From: Promethearchaeia archaeon
GTDB taxonomy: Archaea; Asgardarchaeota; Lokiarchaeia; Sigyniarchaeales; SOKP01
Length of the DNA stretch: 32,000 bases
NCBI GenBank assembly: GCA_046497275.1
Contig: JAWOFX010000052.1
Span: forward strand, 1-32,000
Direction: 5' to 3'
The notes under the pieces are model-generated. The model had not been told where the DNA came from, did no database searches, and saw only the letters and a program-made list of their open reading frames with translations. Position 1 is the first letter of the stretch. Each line of letters opens with the position of its first letter. Of the stretch, positions 18,802-28,271 are shown piece by piece. Both the position numbers and the translations under genes were made by a program.

Positions 18802-20637
18802 TTAAAGATTTTCTAATCCTAATTTTTTAAGGGTTTTTGGGCTAGGTTTGCCAGTTTTCGGATCCCAATCTCTCACTTCATAATAAAATTGTTTTAATTT
18901 TTCGAAATCTGGTGTTTTTCCAGCTGACCCTCCTTCTGTATGAGGCTCTAATAAAATCTGGGGCATTTTTTCATCTTCAGGTGTTAGTCCCATTTTTAAA
19001 TTAAACAATCGTTTTGATGTATAGATTCTTTCACCTGTTTCTTTTACTTTTTCAATGTCAAAATTTAAACCGGTAGCAGTTTCGATTACTTTCGCAACCA
19101 TATCTGGAGGAGGATTACAGAAGATACACAATACAAGCGAGTTATAAAGGGCTCGATAATCATAGAGATTAGCGCAATTCTTTGCCATAATCTCATCATC
19201 GCTATACCTATCAATCAATTCAATCCCTAAATCTTGAAAAGGAAGGCCCAATAGAACCATATACATATCACATGCGCAATGGCAAGGACCACGAGTAGTT
19301 CCTACTGAATAAGCCAATGCCATTCCCCAAGTGTGTCGTGGATCATGGTAAGGAACTTCCTGACCAATAGATGTTGCAATCTTATCTTGAGAAATTCCAA
19401 ATTTTTTTCCAACCGCATCAGATCCGTTTGCTAATACATCTCCGATACCTTCTCTAAAAGCCATCTTTTTTATCATTTCTATTGCTGGCTCAATCTCCCC
19501 CCAATTCGGCTCAAGACCATCAATATCACCTGAAGTTATTTTTCCAGTATTATATAAATAGTAAATGAATGCTATAGTACCTCCACCACTAATCGTGTCA
19601 ATTCCATAGTCGTTGCATAAAGTATTTGCTCTAACAATTGATTTTAAATTGTCATTAAGAATCAAAGAGCCAAAACTAACTATAGTTTCATATTCTGGAG
19701 CCTCCACTTCTCCTTCGAATGCATACTCTCCTTCACTAACAGATGCTTTATGAGCGCATCCTATAGGGCAAGAATAACAAGGATATTGTTTTGTATAAAT
19801 CATTTCTGAAGCAGTCGCCCCTGAAATATTAAAGGCGCCATCCCATTGCCCTTGTGTCCAATATTTAATGGGAATTTCGCCTTCCATGTTATATTTATCA
19901 ACACCTCCAGGAGTTCCTAATATTCCAAACATTTGAGTTGTAAATGAATTATTCACATTCTCGATCATTTCTTTGACGGCTTCTTTAAATTCCTCTGGTT
20001 TAGCAGCCTCAAACTTCCTCTTTGGCCCTTTTACGGCTATCGCTTTTAATTTTTTTGATCCCATTACAGCGCCCATTCCAGTTCTTCCTGCTGCTTTTTC
20101 TTCAGAGTTTATAGTAGCAAATTTCACTAAATTTTCGCCTGCTTGACCAATACACGCTACTCTTGTTAAATTTGAACCCGATTCTTCCTTTAAAATTTCA
20201 TGCGTCTCTAATGCGCCTTTCCCCCATAGATGAGAAGCATCTTTTAACTCCACTTTCTCTTCAGTAATATTAAGAAAAACAGGATTATTAGAAACACCCT
20301 TTATTATTATTCCATCATACCCAGCTTTTTTTAATTCTGGTCCAAAATAACCTCCACAATTTGCTTCTCCCCAAATTCCTGTATATGGTGATTTTGCACA
20401 GACAGAAAATCTCCCAGAGGTTGGAGCATTTGATAAGCAGAGAGGTCCTGTCATAAACATTAAAATATTTTCTGGACCTAATGGATCAGTCTCTTTTTCT
20501 ATGAAATCATAAAGATATCTTACAGCATATCCAGTAGCACCTAAAAATTTTTCTGCAATCGAAGTATCAAGCGGAATATCCTTAATCTCACTATTGTTTA
20601 AATTTACTTCCAATATTTTTCCTATAAATCCTTTCAC
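18802..20637 (-). CDS. aor: Aldehyde:ferredoxin oxidoreductase (W/Mo AOR family)
   Basis: GKILEVNL, KSPYTG, AAGRTGMGAVMGSKKLKAI, CYSCPIGC, PEYET, GIDTIS; GTG start preceded by GAGGAGTGA. Confidence 0.93.
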   Translation of the reverse strand: MKGFIGKILEVNLNNSEIKDIPLDTSIAEKFLGATGYAVRYLYDFIEKETDPLGPENILMFMTGPLCLSNAPTSGRFSVCAKSPYTGIWGEANCGGYFGPELKKAGYDGIIIKGVSNNPVFLNITEEKVELKDASHLWGKGALETHEILKEESGSNLTRVACIGQAGENLVKFATINSEEKAAGRTGMGAVMGSKKLKAIAVKGPKRKFEAAKPEEFKEAVKEMIENVNNSFTTQMFGILGTPGGVDKYNMEGEIPIKYWTQGQWDGAFNISGATASEMIYTKQYPCYSCPIGCAHKASVSEGEYAFEGEVEAPEYETIVSFGSLILNDNLKSIVRANTLCNDYGIDTISGGGTIAFIYYLYNTGKITSGDIDGLEPNWGEIEPAIEMIKKMAFREGIGDVLANGSDAVGKKFGISQDKIATSIGQEVPYHDPRHTWGMALAYSVGTTRGPCHCACDMYMVLLGLPFQDLGIELIDRYSDDEIMAKNCANLYDYRALYNSLVLCIFCNPPPDMVAKVIETATGLNFDIEKVKETGERIYTSKRLFNLKMGLTPEDEKMPQILLEPHTEGGSAGKTPDFEKLKQFYYEVRDWDPKTGKPSPKTLKKLGLENL

Positions 20638-20831
20638 TTTTATTCACTCCTCTTTATAAACTTGTTAAACGTAAATTTCAATTATATATACTTAGACTAT
20701 TGTTTATTGATTATTTTTTAACTTTAAAAAATTATCTAGACGAGCTTTTAAAGTTAAAAACTTTAAATTCTATAATAATTCAATATAATTTAGTAATTAA
20801 ATTAAATTAACTTTACAAGGAGTAAAATAAA

Positions 20832-22028
20832 ATGTGGTATTTTTACAGCCCGAATATAATTTATGGGGAAGATGCTATAGATTTTATGGAAAATATTGAA
20901 GGAGAGAAGTGTTTTGTTGTCACAGACAACATAATCAAAGATTTAGGATATCTTAAAATTGTTACAGATAAATTAGAAGAATTAGGAAAAGACTATAAAG
21001 TATTTGATGAAGTAGTTCCAGATCCAAAAGCAGATGGCGTTTTAAAAGCAAGAGAACAATGTATCAATTATTCACCAGATTTAATAATAGGATTAGGTGG
21101 TGGCTCGGTTATGGACACCGCTAAGACCGCTTGGGCTCTATACGAATTTCAAGATATGACCTTGGATGATCTGCATCCATTTAATCCTCGCTTATATCAA
21201 GTAGGAAAGAAATCGAAATTAATCGCCATCCCAACTACATCGGGAACGGGAGCAGAAACAACTTTTGCAGTTGTAGTTTCGGTTGAGGAAATGGGTGTGT
21301 GGAGAAAATCAATTCAAGCTCATAAAGGATTAATCCCATCATTTGCGATTGTAGATCCCCGATTCCCTGCTGGAATGCCTCCTAAATTAACTGCTGATAC
21401 TGGTTTTGACGCTTTAGCTCATGCTTTAGAGGGAATGGTATCAAGTTGGAAAAATGAATTCAGCTATGCACTAGGTTTAAGAGCTATCGAAATGATTTTT
21501 GAATTTTTACCCATTGCATATAAAGATGGTGATAATATGCACGCTCGGGATATGATGCACCAAGCAGCTACAATGGCGGGACTCTCATTCGGAAATGGAC
21601 AAGTTCATATTGGTCATACACTAGGGCATAGTTTAGGAACGATTTTTCATACTTCTCACGGACGAGCTGTTGGTATTTTTCTAAAATATGTAACTCAATT
21701 TTGCCTTAATAATCCTGATGGAAATGAATCAGTAGAAATTTATTCAAAAATGGCGAAACAATTAGGATGGGCGAATTGGGACGATTCTGATGAAGAAGCA
21801 GCTAATTCGGTTATTGATAAAATTAAAGAATTAGAAGATAAAGTCGATATCCCTCATAGTTTTAAAGGTGTTGGTCTCCCTAAAGATAAATATGAGGAAA
21901 GTATTGATAAAATGGTCCAACTCTGCTTTATGGATGCGTCTGGTACAATGGCTCCAAGAAGTCCAAATAAAGCCGATTTTGAAAAACTTTATAGATATGC
22001 TTATGAAGGAAAAGACGTCGATTGGTAA
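20832..22028 (+). CDS. Iron-containing alcohol dehydrogenase
   Basis: GLGGGSVMDTAK, PTTSGTGAE, DALAHALEG, HIGHTLGHSLG, HGRAVG. Confidence 0.92.
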   Translation: MWYFYSPNIIYGEDAIDFMENIEGEKCFVVTDNIIKDLGYLKIVTDKLEELGKDYKVFDEVVPDPKADGVLKAREQCINYSPDLIIGLGGGSVMDTAKTAWALYEFQDMTLDDLHPFNPRLYQVGKKSKLIAIPTTSGTGAETTFAVVVSVEEMGVWRKSIQAHKGLIPSFAIVDPRFPAGMPPKLTADTGFDALAHALEGMVSSWKNEFSYALGLRAIEMIFEFLPIAYKDGDNMHARDMMHQAATMAGLSFGNGQVHIGHTLGHSLGTIFHTSHGRAVGIFLKYVTQFCLNNPDGNESVEIYSKMAKQLGWANWDDSDEEAANSVIDKIKELEDKVDIPHSFKGVGLPKDKYEESIDKMVQLCFMDASGTMAPRSPNKADFEKLYRYAYEGKDVDW

Positions 22029-22058
22029 TTTTAAAACTTCTAAAGTATTTTTTTTATA

Positions 22059-22080
22059 AGAAGGATTTCGCCCTCCTTCT
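22059..22080 (+). terminator. Hairpin after the ADH gene, followed by T-rich tract (possible terminator)
   Basis: AGAAGGA-tttcgccc-TCCTTCT, then ttttttttatt. Confidence 0.35.
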
Positions 22081-22407
22081 CCAATATCTCTTTTTTTTAT
22101 TCTTATTTAAATCTATAAGGACCAAATTTTGACAAGGCATAAGAAAGATAGCATTTATAAAATCTGAGAAATTTATTACCGATTTAATCAATAAATAGAA
22201 AATTTATTATTGATTACACACAAAAAAACATATATTTATTAGTAAAAACAAATAAAATAATCATTAAGATTTATTAATATTAATAAGACCAAAATTAAAG
22301 TTACCAAAATTTATATTCAAAAATTTAAGAATATTTCAGCATTAAATTACAAACTTGAACTATATCTCAACTATGAGAATATATTCAAACCAAAATATCA
22401 TACGTTT

Positions 22408-23124
22408 ATGAGTTTTGAAATATTTGAACCTCCTCTAAGTTTAGACCATCCGAGTGTGCAGAATGTATTGGAAATAGCCCAAGACATTTTAGATCAAAAT
22501 AAAAAACTCAATATTGAAAATTTATATAATATTGCTAAGAAAGAGTTAAAAATCCCTCGCAAAGGATTATTAATGATAATTCAATTTCTTATTAACAAGA
22601 ATGTTCTCATAGATGGTTCAAAATATACAAAAGAGACACTTCTTTCAAATTTTTATAGGAGAAAAATATATAATTTTATAGAAAATAATTTAGGGGCTCA
22701 CTTTTCACTGTTAAGAAAGGAGATTCTTTCCGATGAGGAAGAAGAATTAGGCAGTTCAGGACAATTAATTTGGCATCTTGAAATGCTTCTTAAATTTGAT
22801 TATATAAAGAAAATAAAAATTGGGAATTACTCCGTGTTTATTCTATCTGACTTAGATGAGCAAATCGGAGAAATATCTTTTTTTTTGAAAGATAAGATAA
22901 ATAGAAAGATTATTTCTTTGTTAAAAAAAAAGAAGTCGATACCAAAATCTGAAATTCATAAAAAAATTAGTGAAAGTCGCGGAAAAGTTTATTATCGGAT
23001 AAATAATTTACTTGAATTTAAAATCATCGTATCTGAAGAAAAAGATCAGACCTACATTTCTTTAAATCTAAATATGAGAAAAAAAATTCTAAAAACCTTA
23101 AGATATATTAAAGAATATTTTTAA
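22408..23124 (+). CDS. Multi winged-helix (ArsR-like) archaeal transcriptional regulator
   Basis: RRKIYNFIENNLGAHFSLL...SSGQLIWHLEMLLKFDYI and RKIISLL...SEIHKKISESRGKVYYRINNL; two clear wHTH units and probably a third N-terminal one. Confidence 0.7.
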   Translation: MSFEIFEPPLSLDHPSVQNVLEIAQDILDQNKKLNIENLYNIAKKELKIPRKGLLMIIQFLINKNVLIDGSKYTKETLLSNFYRRKIYNFIENNLGAHFSLLRKEILSDEEEELGSSGQLIWHLEMLLKFDYIKKIKIGNYSVFILSDLDEQIGEISFFLKDKINRKIISLLKKKKSIPKSEIHKKISESRGKVYYRINNLLEFKIIVSEEKDQTYISLNLNMRKKILKTLRYIKEYF

Positions 23125-23161
23125 GTTAAATAAGAATAATATACACAAAAAAGTCTAAAAA

Positions 23162-24469
23162 ATGTTGAATTGGACATCTGAAGTCATAACTAATGGACTA
23201 GTAGCAATTGTAATATTCATAGCGGTATTTATCTGCTCCTCAGTCACACGTAAAAGAAAAATACGTTCGGTATTATATATAAGATTAGTTATATTTATAT
23301 TGGGTATATATTCACTTTTAGAGGCTTTAGCAGATTTATTATTATTAAAAATTTTAGCTGTAGTTGCTTTTGTGCTTTTATTTCCTCTTGCTATTTTTGC
23401 CGTTATGGCAGTAAATTATATACTTAAAGATACATACTTTTCTTTTGTTTTATTTATCCTATTTGCTACAGGACCAGTCCTTATTCTATTATCTATTCAA
23501 TCAGATTCAATTATACTAGTAACTGAAGATATCTATATTTATTATACAACTATTAACTGGGCACTTATTTCCGAATTATTCTTTATAGGAGTATTTGGAA
23601 TTTACTTTTTTTATTGGGGTTTGAAGACTTATTTAAACGCACCTTTCTTGATAAAAAGAGAAGCATTGATCTTTTTCATAGGTGTTTTAATGGGTTCTGT
23701 GATAACCGTCTCTTTAAATGCGTTAGTAGTCTTTTTAAGATACATTCTTATAGTTGCTTTGATTATTGGAATTTTTGGAATAATAGTAGTCTTAGTTTCT
23801 GTAGAAAAAGAACCCAAATTACTTTATATACTCCCATTCATAGTATATAGGATCTCAGTCAAAGATCAAGAAGGATTTCCATTATATGATCATGATTGGT
23901 CTGATTCTAGTATCAATGAAATCCTTTTTACGGGATTTATCAATGCGGTTCAACACATGAGTAAGGAAGTAATGGATATTGGAGGTTTATTAGATATCAA
24001 TATGGAAAAAGGAATTATGGTTTTGAATCACTCAAAATTTATCACCGTTGGATTAGTAGCTTCAAAGTCTTCAAAATTACTTAGGGATTCATTAACTAAA
24101 TTTACTAGAGAATTTGAAATAAAGTTTGAGTCAGAATTGAAGAACTCAATAAGAGATATGAATGCGTATAAAGGAGCTTATGAATTAATTGATAAATACT
24201 TTTCAAACTTTCCTTATCGTATTTTTAAAAGTAGAAAACAAAAATTATTACTTTCTGGAAAATTCACCCAGATTCCTAAAGAATTAGATGAACGAATTAA
24301 AACTGTATTTCCTAACGAGAAAGAATATGAATTTATTAAATCAGAATTACTCAAAGTTCCCTTATACACATATTCTGAATTTGAGGCGCTTTATAATGAA
24401 TTAAAAGAAGAGATGAAACAAATTTCGAAAGATGAATCAAAATATTTAGATTCAAATATTGAGAATTGA
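23162..24469 (+). CDS. Seven-TM membrane protein with cytoplasmic longin-like domain
   Basis: Seven hydrophobic segments in aa ~10-215, then RISVKDQEGFPLYDHDW...LFTGFINAVQHMSKEV...ITVGLVA...LRDSLTKFTREFEIKF. Confidence 0.6.
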   Translation: MLNWTSEVITNGLVAIVIFIAVFICSSVTRKRKIRSVLYIRLVIFILGIYSLLEALADLLLLKILAVVAFVLLFPLAIFAVMAVNYILKDTYFSFVLFILFATGPVLILLSIQSDSIILVTEDIYIYYTTINWALISELFFIGVFGIYFFYWGLKTYLNAPFLIKREALIFFIGVLMGSVITVSLNALVVFLRYILIVALIIGIFGIIVVLVSVEKEPKLLYILPFIVYRISVKDQEGFPLYDHDWSDSSINEILFTGFINAVQHMSKEVMDIGGLLDINMEKGIMVLNHSKFITVGLVASKSSKLLRDSLTKFTREFEIKFESELKNSIRDMNAYKGAYELIDKYFSNFPYRIFKSRKQKLLLSGKFTQIPKELDERIKTVFPNEKEYEFIKSELLKVPLYTYSEFEALYNELKEEMKQISKDESKYLDSNIEN

Positions 24470-24554
24470 ATTATAAATGGATTGTTAGAATATTGATTTT
24501 TAGAAGTATTTAGCCAAAATACTAAGAAAAAAAGTTAAAAAATAAAAAAATTTA

Positions 24555-25004
24555 TTATATTGGATTAAAATATTCTATATCTGTAATTTTTTTCTGTCTT
24601 CTATCCTTAAACACTGCTTCTACCCTCATCCCTTCTTTTAGCTTCTTTGGATTGCCTTCATTGATTATATGAACAAATCCAGTATCAGCACCATCTAGCT
24701 TTATTATTCCATATCCAAAAGGAGGCTTTAAAGGCATCACATCAGTTGAATGGGTAACAACGGTAAATCCCTCAACAGTTCCTTGATTTCCTACTTCAAC
24801 CCATTCTTCCATCTTTTCAAAGCATTTAAAACAGACCATCTTTGGAGGAACGTAGACCTGCCCACATTTAGGACATTTTACTCCCATAATTTTATTATTT
24901 CTACCGATTTCTTCTAAAAATTTTTCAACGTAATCGCCTGCAGTGTGTTTATAGGGTACTTTAATTCTTCCTCGATAAATCTTTTTCTCTTTATCATCAC
25001 TCAT
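24555..25004 (-). CDS. DUF35 Zn-ribbon/OB-fold protein
   Basis: GVKCPKCG...PPKMVCFKC; SD GAGGTGA supports ATG 25004. Confidence 0.9.
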   Translation of the reverse strand: MSDDKEKKIYRGRIKVPYKHTAGDYVEKFLEEIGRNNKIMGVKCPKCGQVYVPPKMVCFKCFEKMEEWVEVGNQGTVEGFTVVTHSTDVMPLKPPFGYGIIKLDGADTGFVHIINEGNPKKLKEGMRVEAVFKDRRQKKITDIEYFNPI

Positions 25005-25019
25005 AATTTTCACCTCTTT

Positions 25020-25505
25020 TTATTCCTCCTCTATGATTTCAAAATACGGGATATCACCTAAATTTCCCTCCATTTCATCCTTAAACACCGCTTTGACTCT
25101 CTGTCCTATTTTCATCTTTTCATGGTCTTTTTCATTGATGAAATGCATAGTATATGTTTCGGCACCATCTAATTGGAATAACCCATAACCATAAGGAAAA
25201 GGTCTCATCCCACCAGTAGCAGGATCGACGAAGGGATAATTAACAACCGTAAAACCCACCAAAGTTCCAACTGGTGGAACCTCGACCATATCATCTACAG
25301 TCATTTTAACTATACATTCCGCACAAACACCTCTTGGAGGAAAATGTACTTTTCCGCATTCAGGACATTTAGTTCCAAGTAATTTTCGTTCTTTCTTCAA
25401 CGTTTCGAAGAATTTCACAGATACTTTTCCTATCGCATATTTGTAAGGAAGGTCAGTCTTCCATCTTATTTCGAAAGGTTTTTCTTTTTGATCTTTTTTT
25501 CCCAT
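25020..25505 (-). CDS. DUF35 Zn-ribbon/OB-fold protein
   Basis: GTKCPECG...PPRGVCAEC; SD GAGGTGA supports ATG 25505. Confidence 0.9.
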   Translation of the reverse strand: MGKKDQKEKPFEIRWKTDLPYKYAIGKVSVKFFETLKKERKLLGTKCPECGKVHFPPRGVCAECIVKMTVDDMVEVPPVGTLVGFTVVNYPFVDPATGGMRPFPYGYGLFQLDGAETYTMHFINEKDHEKMKIGQRVKAVFKDEMEGNLGDIPYFEIIEEE

Positions 25506-25513
25506 TTTTTTAA

Positions 25514-26707
25514 TCACCTCGGTGGTTCATTTCCAAAAATAGCTAATTCTGTCCATAAACTGCCTCCAAATCCCATAGCAAGTGCCCTTTCTACATCTGG
25601 GACTTGACGTTTCTCTCCTCGCCCCATTATTTGGATAGCTGCCTCAGCAAATCTTACAAGGGCAGTTGCACCAATTGGATTTGTACTTAATACACCCCCA
25701 GAAGGATTCACAGGTAATTCCCCTCCCATCTGAGTGATTCCTTCTCGTAAGATCTCACCGCCTTTTCCTGGTTCCGCAAACCCTAATGCTTCAGTCCAAG
25801 AAAGCTCCGCCCAAGAAGTTGGTTCATAAACTTCCGCAACATCCAGATCTTTTATAGGATCTTTAATTCCGGCTTTTTTATAGGCTTTTTTCGACGCAAT
25901 TGTTGCGGTTGGAAGATCATACATTTTATCATCGCATCCAAATGTGTAATAATGAGCAGTTGCTACAGAATGAAACCATGCTGGATTATCTCGTATTTTT
26001 TTTGCTTCTTTTTCATTAGCATATATAACAGCACATGCACCTTCACTTTGAGGGCAACAATCATGAAGTCGTAGAGGATAAGATATTGTCTGAGAACTCA
26101 TCACATAATCTAAAGTTATATTAGGCATCTGAAGATGCGCAAATGGGTTGTTTGCCGCATTACTTCGATTTTTAACGGTCACCATAGCAGCGGTTTCAGG
26201 ACTCACATTATATTCATTCATATACATATTTGCCATAAGAGCCAATGGTCCGAGAGCTCCAGCAAGAGAAGGGCGCTCCCATACCGGATCAAACGCTGTT
26301 ATAATCCCAGTTGTCGCACCCCCTTCATTTAATTTTTCCCACCCGACAACTAATACTTTATCATAGACCCCCGAGGCTACATTATAATAACCTGAGATCC
26401 CTAAAGAGCTGCCGGTCGTACCGCCAGTCGCAATCTTAACCACAGGTTTCATATAACCCGGAGCCGCATCAATTCCACACCACATTTCAGAGAAATTAAT
26501 TCCTTCGAAATGATCCATTTAGTCTTTAATATTGAAATAATATTAAATATTACCTATGAGGATGGCATCGATATCATTGGGCTCGAGTTGAGCATCATCT
26601 AAAGCCATCTTTACTGCCTCATAAATCATTTCTGGGATATTCACATCTCTTCTTTTACTTCTAAATTTAGTTTGGCCGATTCCAACTATACCAACGTTCT
26701 CCGGCAT
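25514..26707 (-). CDS. Ltp3-like thiolase-fold protein, interrupted: join(26707..26549, 26518..25514), 387 aa if spliced
   Basis: Exon 1 (absent from ORF track): MPENVGIVGIGQTKFRSKRRDVNIPEMIYEAVKMALDDAQLEPNDIDAILIGN (53 aa), with SD GGAGGTGA and TAATG overlap with the upstream gene; exon 2: MDHFEG...NPSGGVLSTNPIGATALVRFAEAAIQIMG. Confidence 0.85.
26519..26548 (-). other. Candidate 30-nt bulge-helix-bulge mRNA intron
   Basis: ATTTAATATTATTTCAATATTAAAGACTAA; two in-frame TAA; 9-bp inner stem; 3-nt bulges AUA and AAA; removal gives GGT AAT ATG GAT (G-N-M-D). Confidence 0.7.
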
Positions 26708-27855
26708 TATTTTTCACCTCCAAATATTAGTACACAATTACCTTGCGAACATATTCCATTCATTCCATTCGCAAGTCCGAGTTTGGCATCTGAAATTTGA
26801 TGCTTTTCAGCTTTTCCCATTAATTGTAATGCTACTTCCGCTACACGTATTAACCCATTTGCCATCGTAGGATTACTACAAAGAACTCCGCCTGAAGGAT
26901 TTACCGGAATAGATCCGTCCATTTCGGTTTCACCGCTGTTAATAAAGTTTCCCCCTTCACCTTTTTCACAAAAACCTAATGCTTCATAACTCATTAACTC
27001 GTGTGCCGAAAATGCATCATATACTTCCGCCACATCTAAATCATTCACTGGATCTGATATGCCTGCCATTTTATAAGCCTCTTTTGCGGCACCTTCCAAT
27101 CCAACTAAATCCGTCATTGTCCTATGCCCTAAATAATACGCATCAGTACAACTTGCATATCCTTTTAGCCATACGGGGGTATCTGTTAATTCTTTTGCTT
27201 TTGCTTCATTCGCTAGCAGCATTGCCACAGCTCCGTCCGAGAAAGGTGGAAAATCTAATTCTCTTAGAGGATATGCTAACATTGGTGAATGTAAAACATC
27301 TTCCATGGTGATCTCTTTTTGAAGATGAGCATAAGGATTTGATACACCATTCTTTCGGTTTTTTACTACCACTTTTGCCGCTTGCTCATCAGAAATTCCA
27401 TATTTTGTCATATACATATTTGCCATTAGCCCAGCGGCAGAGATTTGGTCTAAACCAAGATGCCTCTGATAAAATGGGTCGAAAATGCTGTTGTTTATGA
27501 GATATTGGTCACCTTCAGACGATTTCTGATGAGATACAACGAGTACCGTATCGTATTCACCGGATAACACCCGCATAGCACCATACGCATATGCAAAAGC
27601 TCCATCCCCTGATACTCTCGATTCAGCCTTCCGAACAGATCCTACTGCATCTTGGATTGCCATATTTGCGATTGTACGACCATCATTAAAATCGTTAGAA
27701 CTGGTAATAACACATCCAACATCATCATTTGTTATATTCAGCTCATCATGTAGTTTCTTTACCACTTCAAATACGAGTTCCATTATAGTTAAATCAATTT
27801 TTTCCTGTTCATACTTCGTCTGTGCGACACCACAAATTGCTACTTTACCATCCAT
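26707..27855 (-). CDS. Ltp4-like thiolase-fold protein lacking the nucleophile Cys
   Basis: ESRVSGDGAFAYAYG..RVLSGEYDTVLV, FDPFY, FSDGAVA, NPSGGVLCSNPTMANGLIR; ATG 27855 after GAAGTGA. Confidence 0.85.
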   Translation of the reverse strand: MDGKVAICGVAQTKYEQEKIDLTIMELVFEVVKKLHDELNITNDDVGCVITSSNDFNDGRTIANMAIQDAVGSVRKAESRVSGDGAFAYAYGAMRVLSGEYDTVLVVSHQKSSEGDQYLINNSIFDPFYQRHLGLDQISAAGLMANMYMTKYGISDEQAAKVVVKNRKNGVSNPYAHLQKEITMEDVLHSPMLAYPLRELDFPPFSDGAVAMLLANEAKAKELTDTPVWLKGYASCTDAYYLGHRTMTDLVGLEGAAKEAYKMAGISDPVNDLDVAEVYDAFSAHELMSYEALGFCEKGEGGNFINSGETEMDGSIPVNPSGGVLCSNPTMANGLIRVAEVALQLMGKAEKHQISDAKLGLANGMNGICSQGNCVLIFGGEK

Positions 27856-28049
27856 TAGTATCACTTCTAATATATAATTTTTTTATGGTATTTTATTTTT
27901 AATTGGAATTTATATTAAATAATTTAATATACAATTCAGAAATATTTAAAGATTTCATCCAGATTTAATTTAAATTTGATCATATTCAATACAACACTTT
28001 CTAAATTACAAAAAAACCTTGATTACACCCCGAAATCGCATTAAACAGA

Positions 28050-28089
28050 ATTTCTATTTTTGAATATGGGTTTTTTCATAATCGAAAAT
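28050..28089 (+). repeat. Degenerate direct repeat, left copy
   Basis: atttctatttttgaatatgggttttttcataatcgaaaat; 34/40 identical to 30400-30439, first 18 nt exact. Confidence 0.75.
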
Positions 28090-28271
28090 CTTGTTTACCA
28101 TCATCAGATTATATAGGTCAAAAAGCAATAATTAAACAAAAAAAGTTGGATTGAGTTAACTCGATATAATTAGAATTAAATCCAACAAAAATAAATTTTT
28201 TTTAACATGTTGAGATAGAATTAACGAAATTGAATTAACTGCTCTTAAATTCAAAAAAATTATAAATATAT

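Noticed and set aside
12281-24469. TGA stops (13540, 24469) as selenocysteine readthrough
   Set aside because: Both proteins appear complete; the 13540 TGA is an ordinary ATGA overlap, and the next gene after 24469 is convergent.
25514-26518. Track ORF read as a complete 334-aa thiolase starting at MDHFEG
   Set aside because: It lacks the thiolase N-terminus, which lies in frame 30 nt upstream with its own SD and start. A split-gene or pseudogene reading remains possible but does not explain the BHB geometry.
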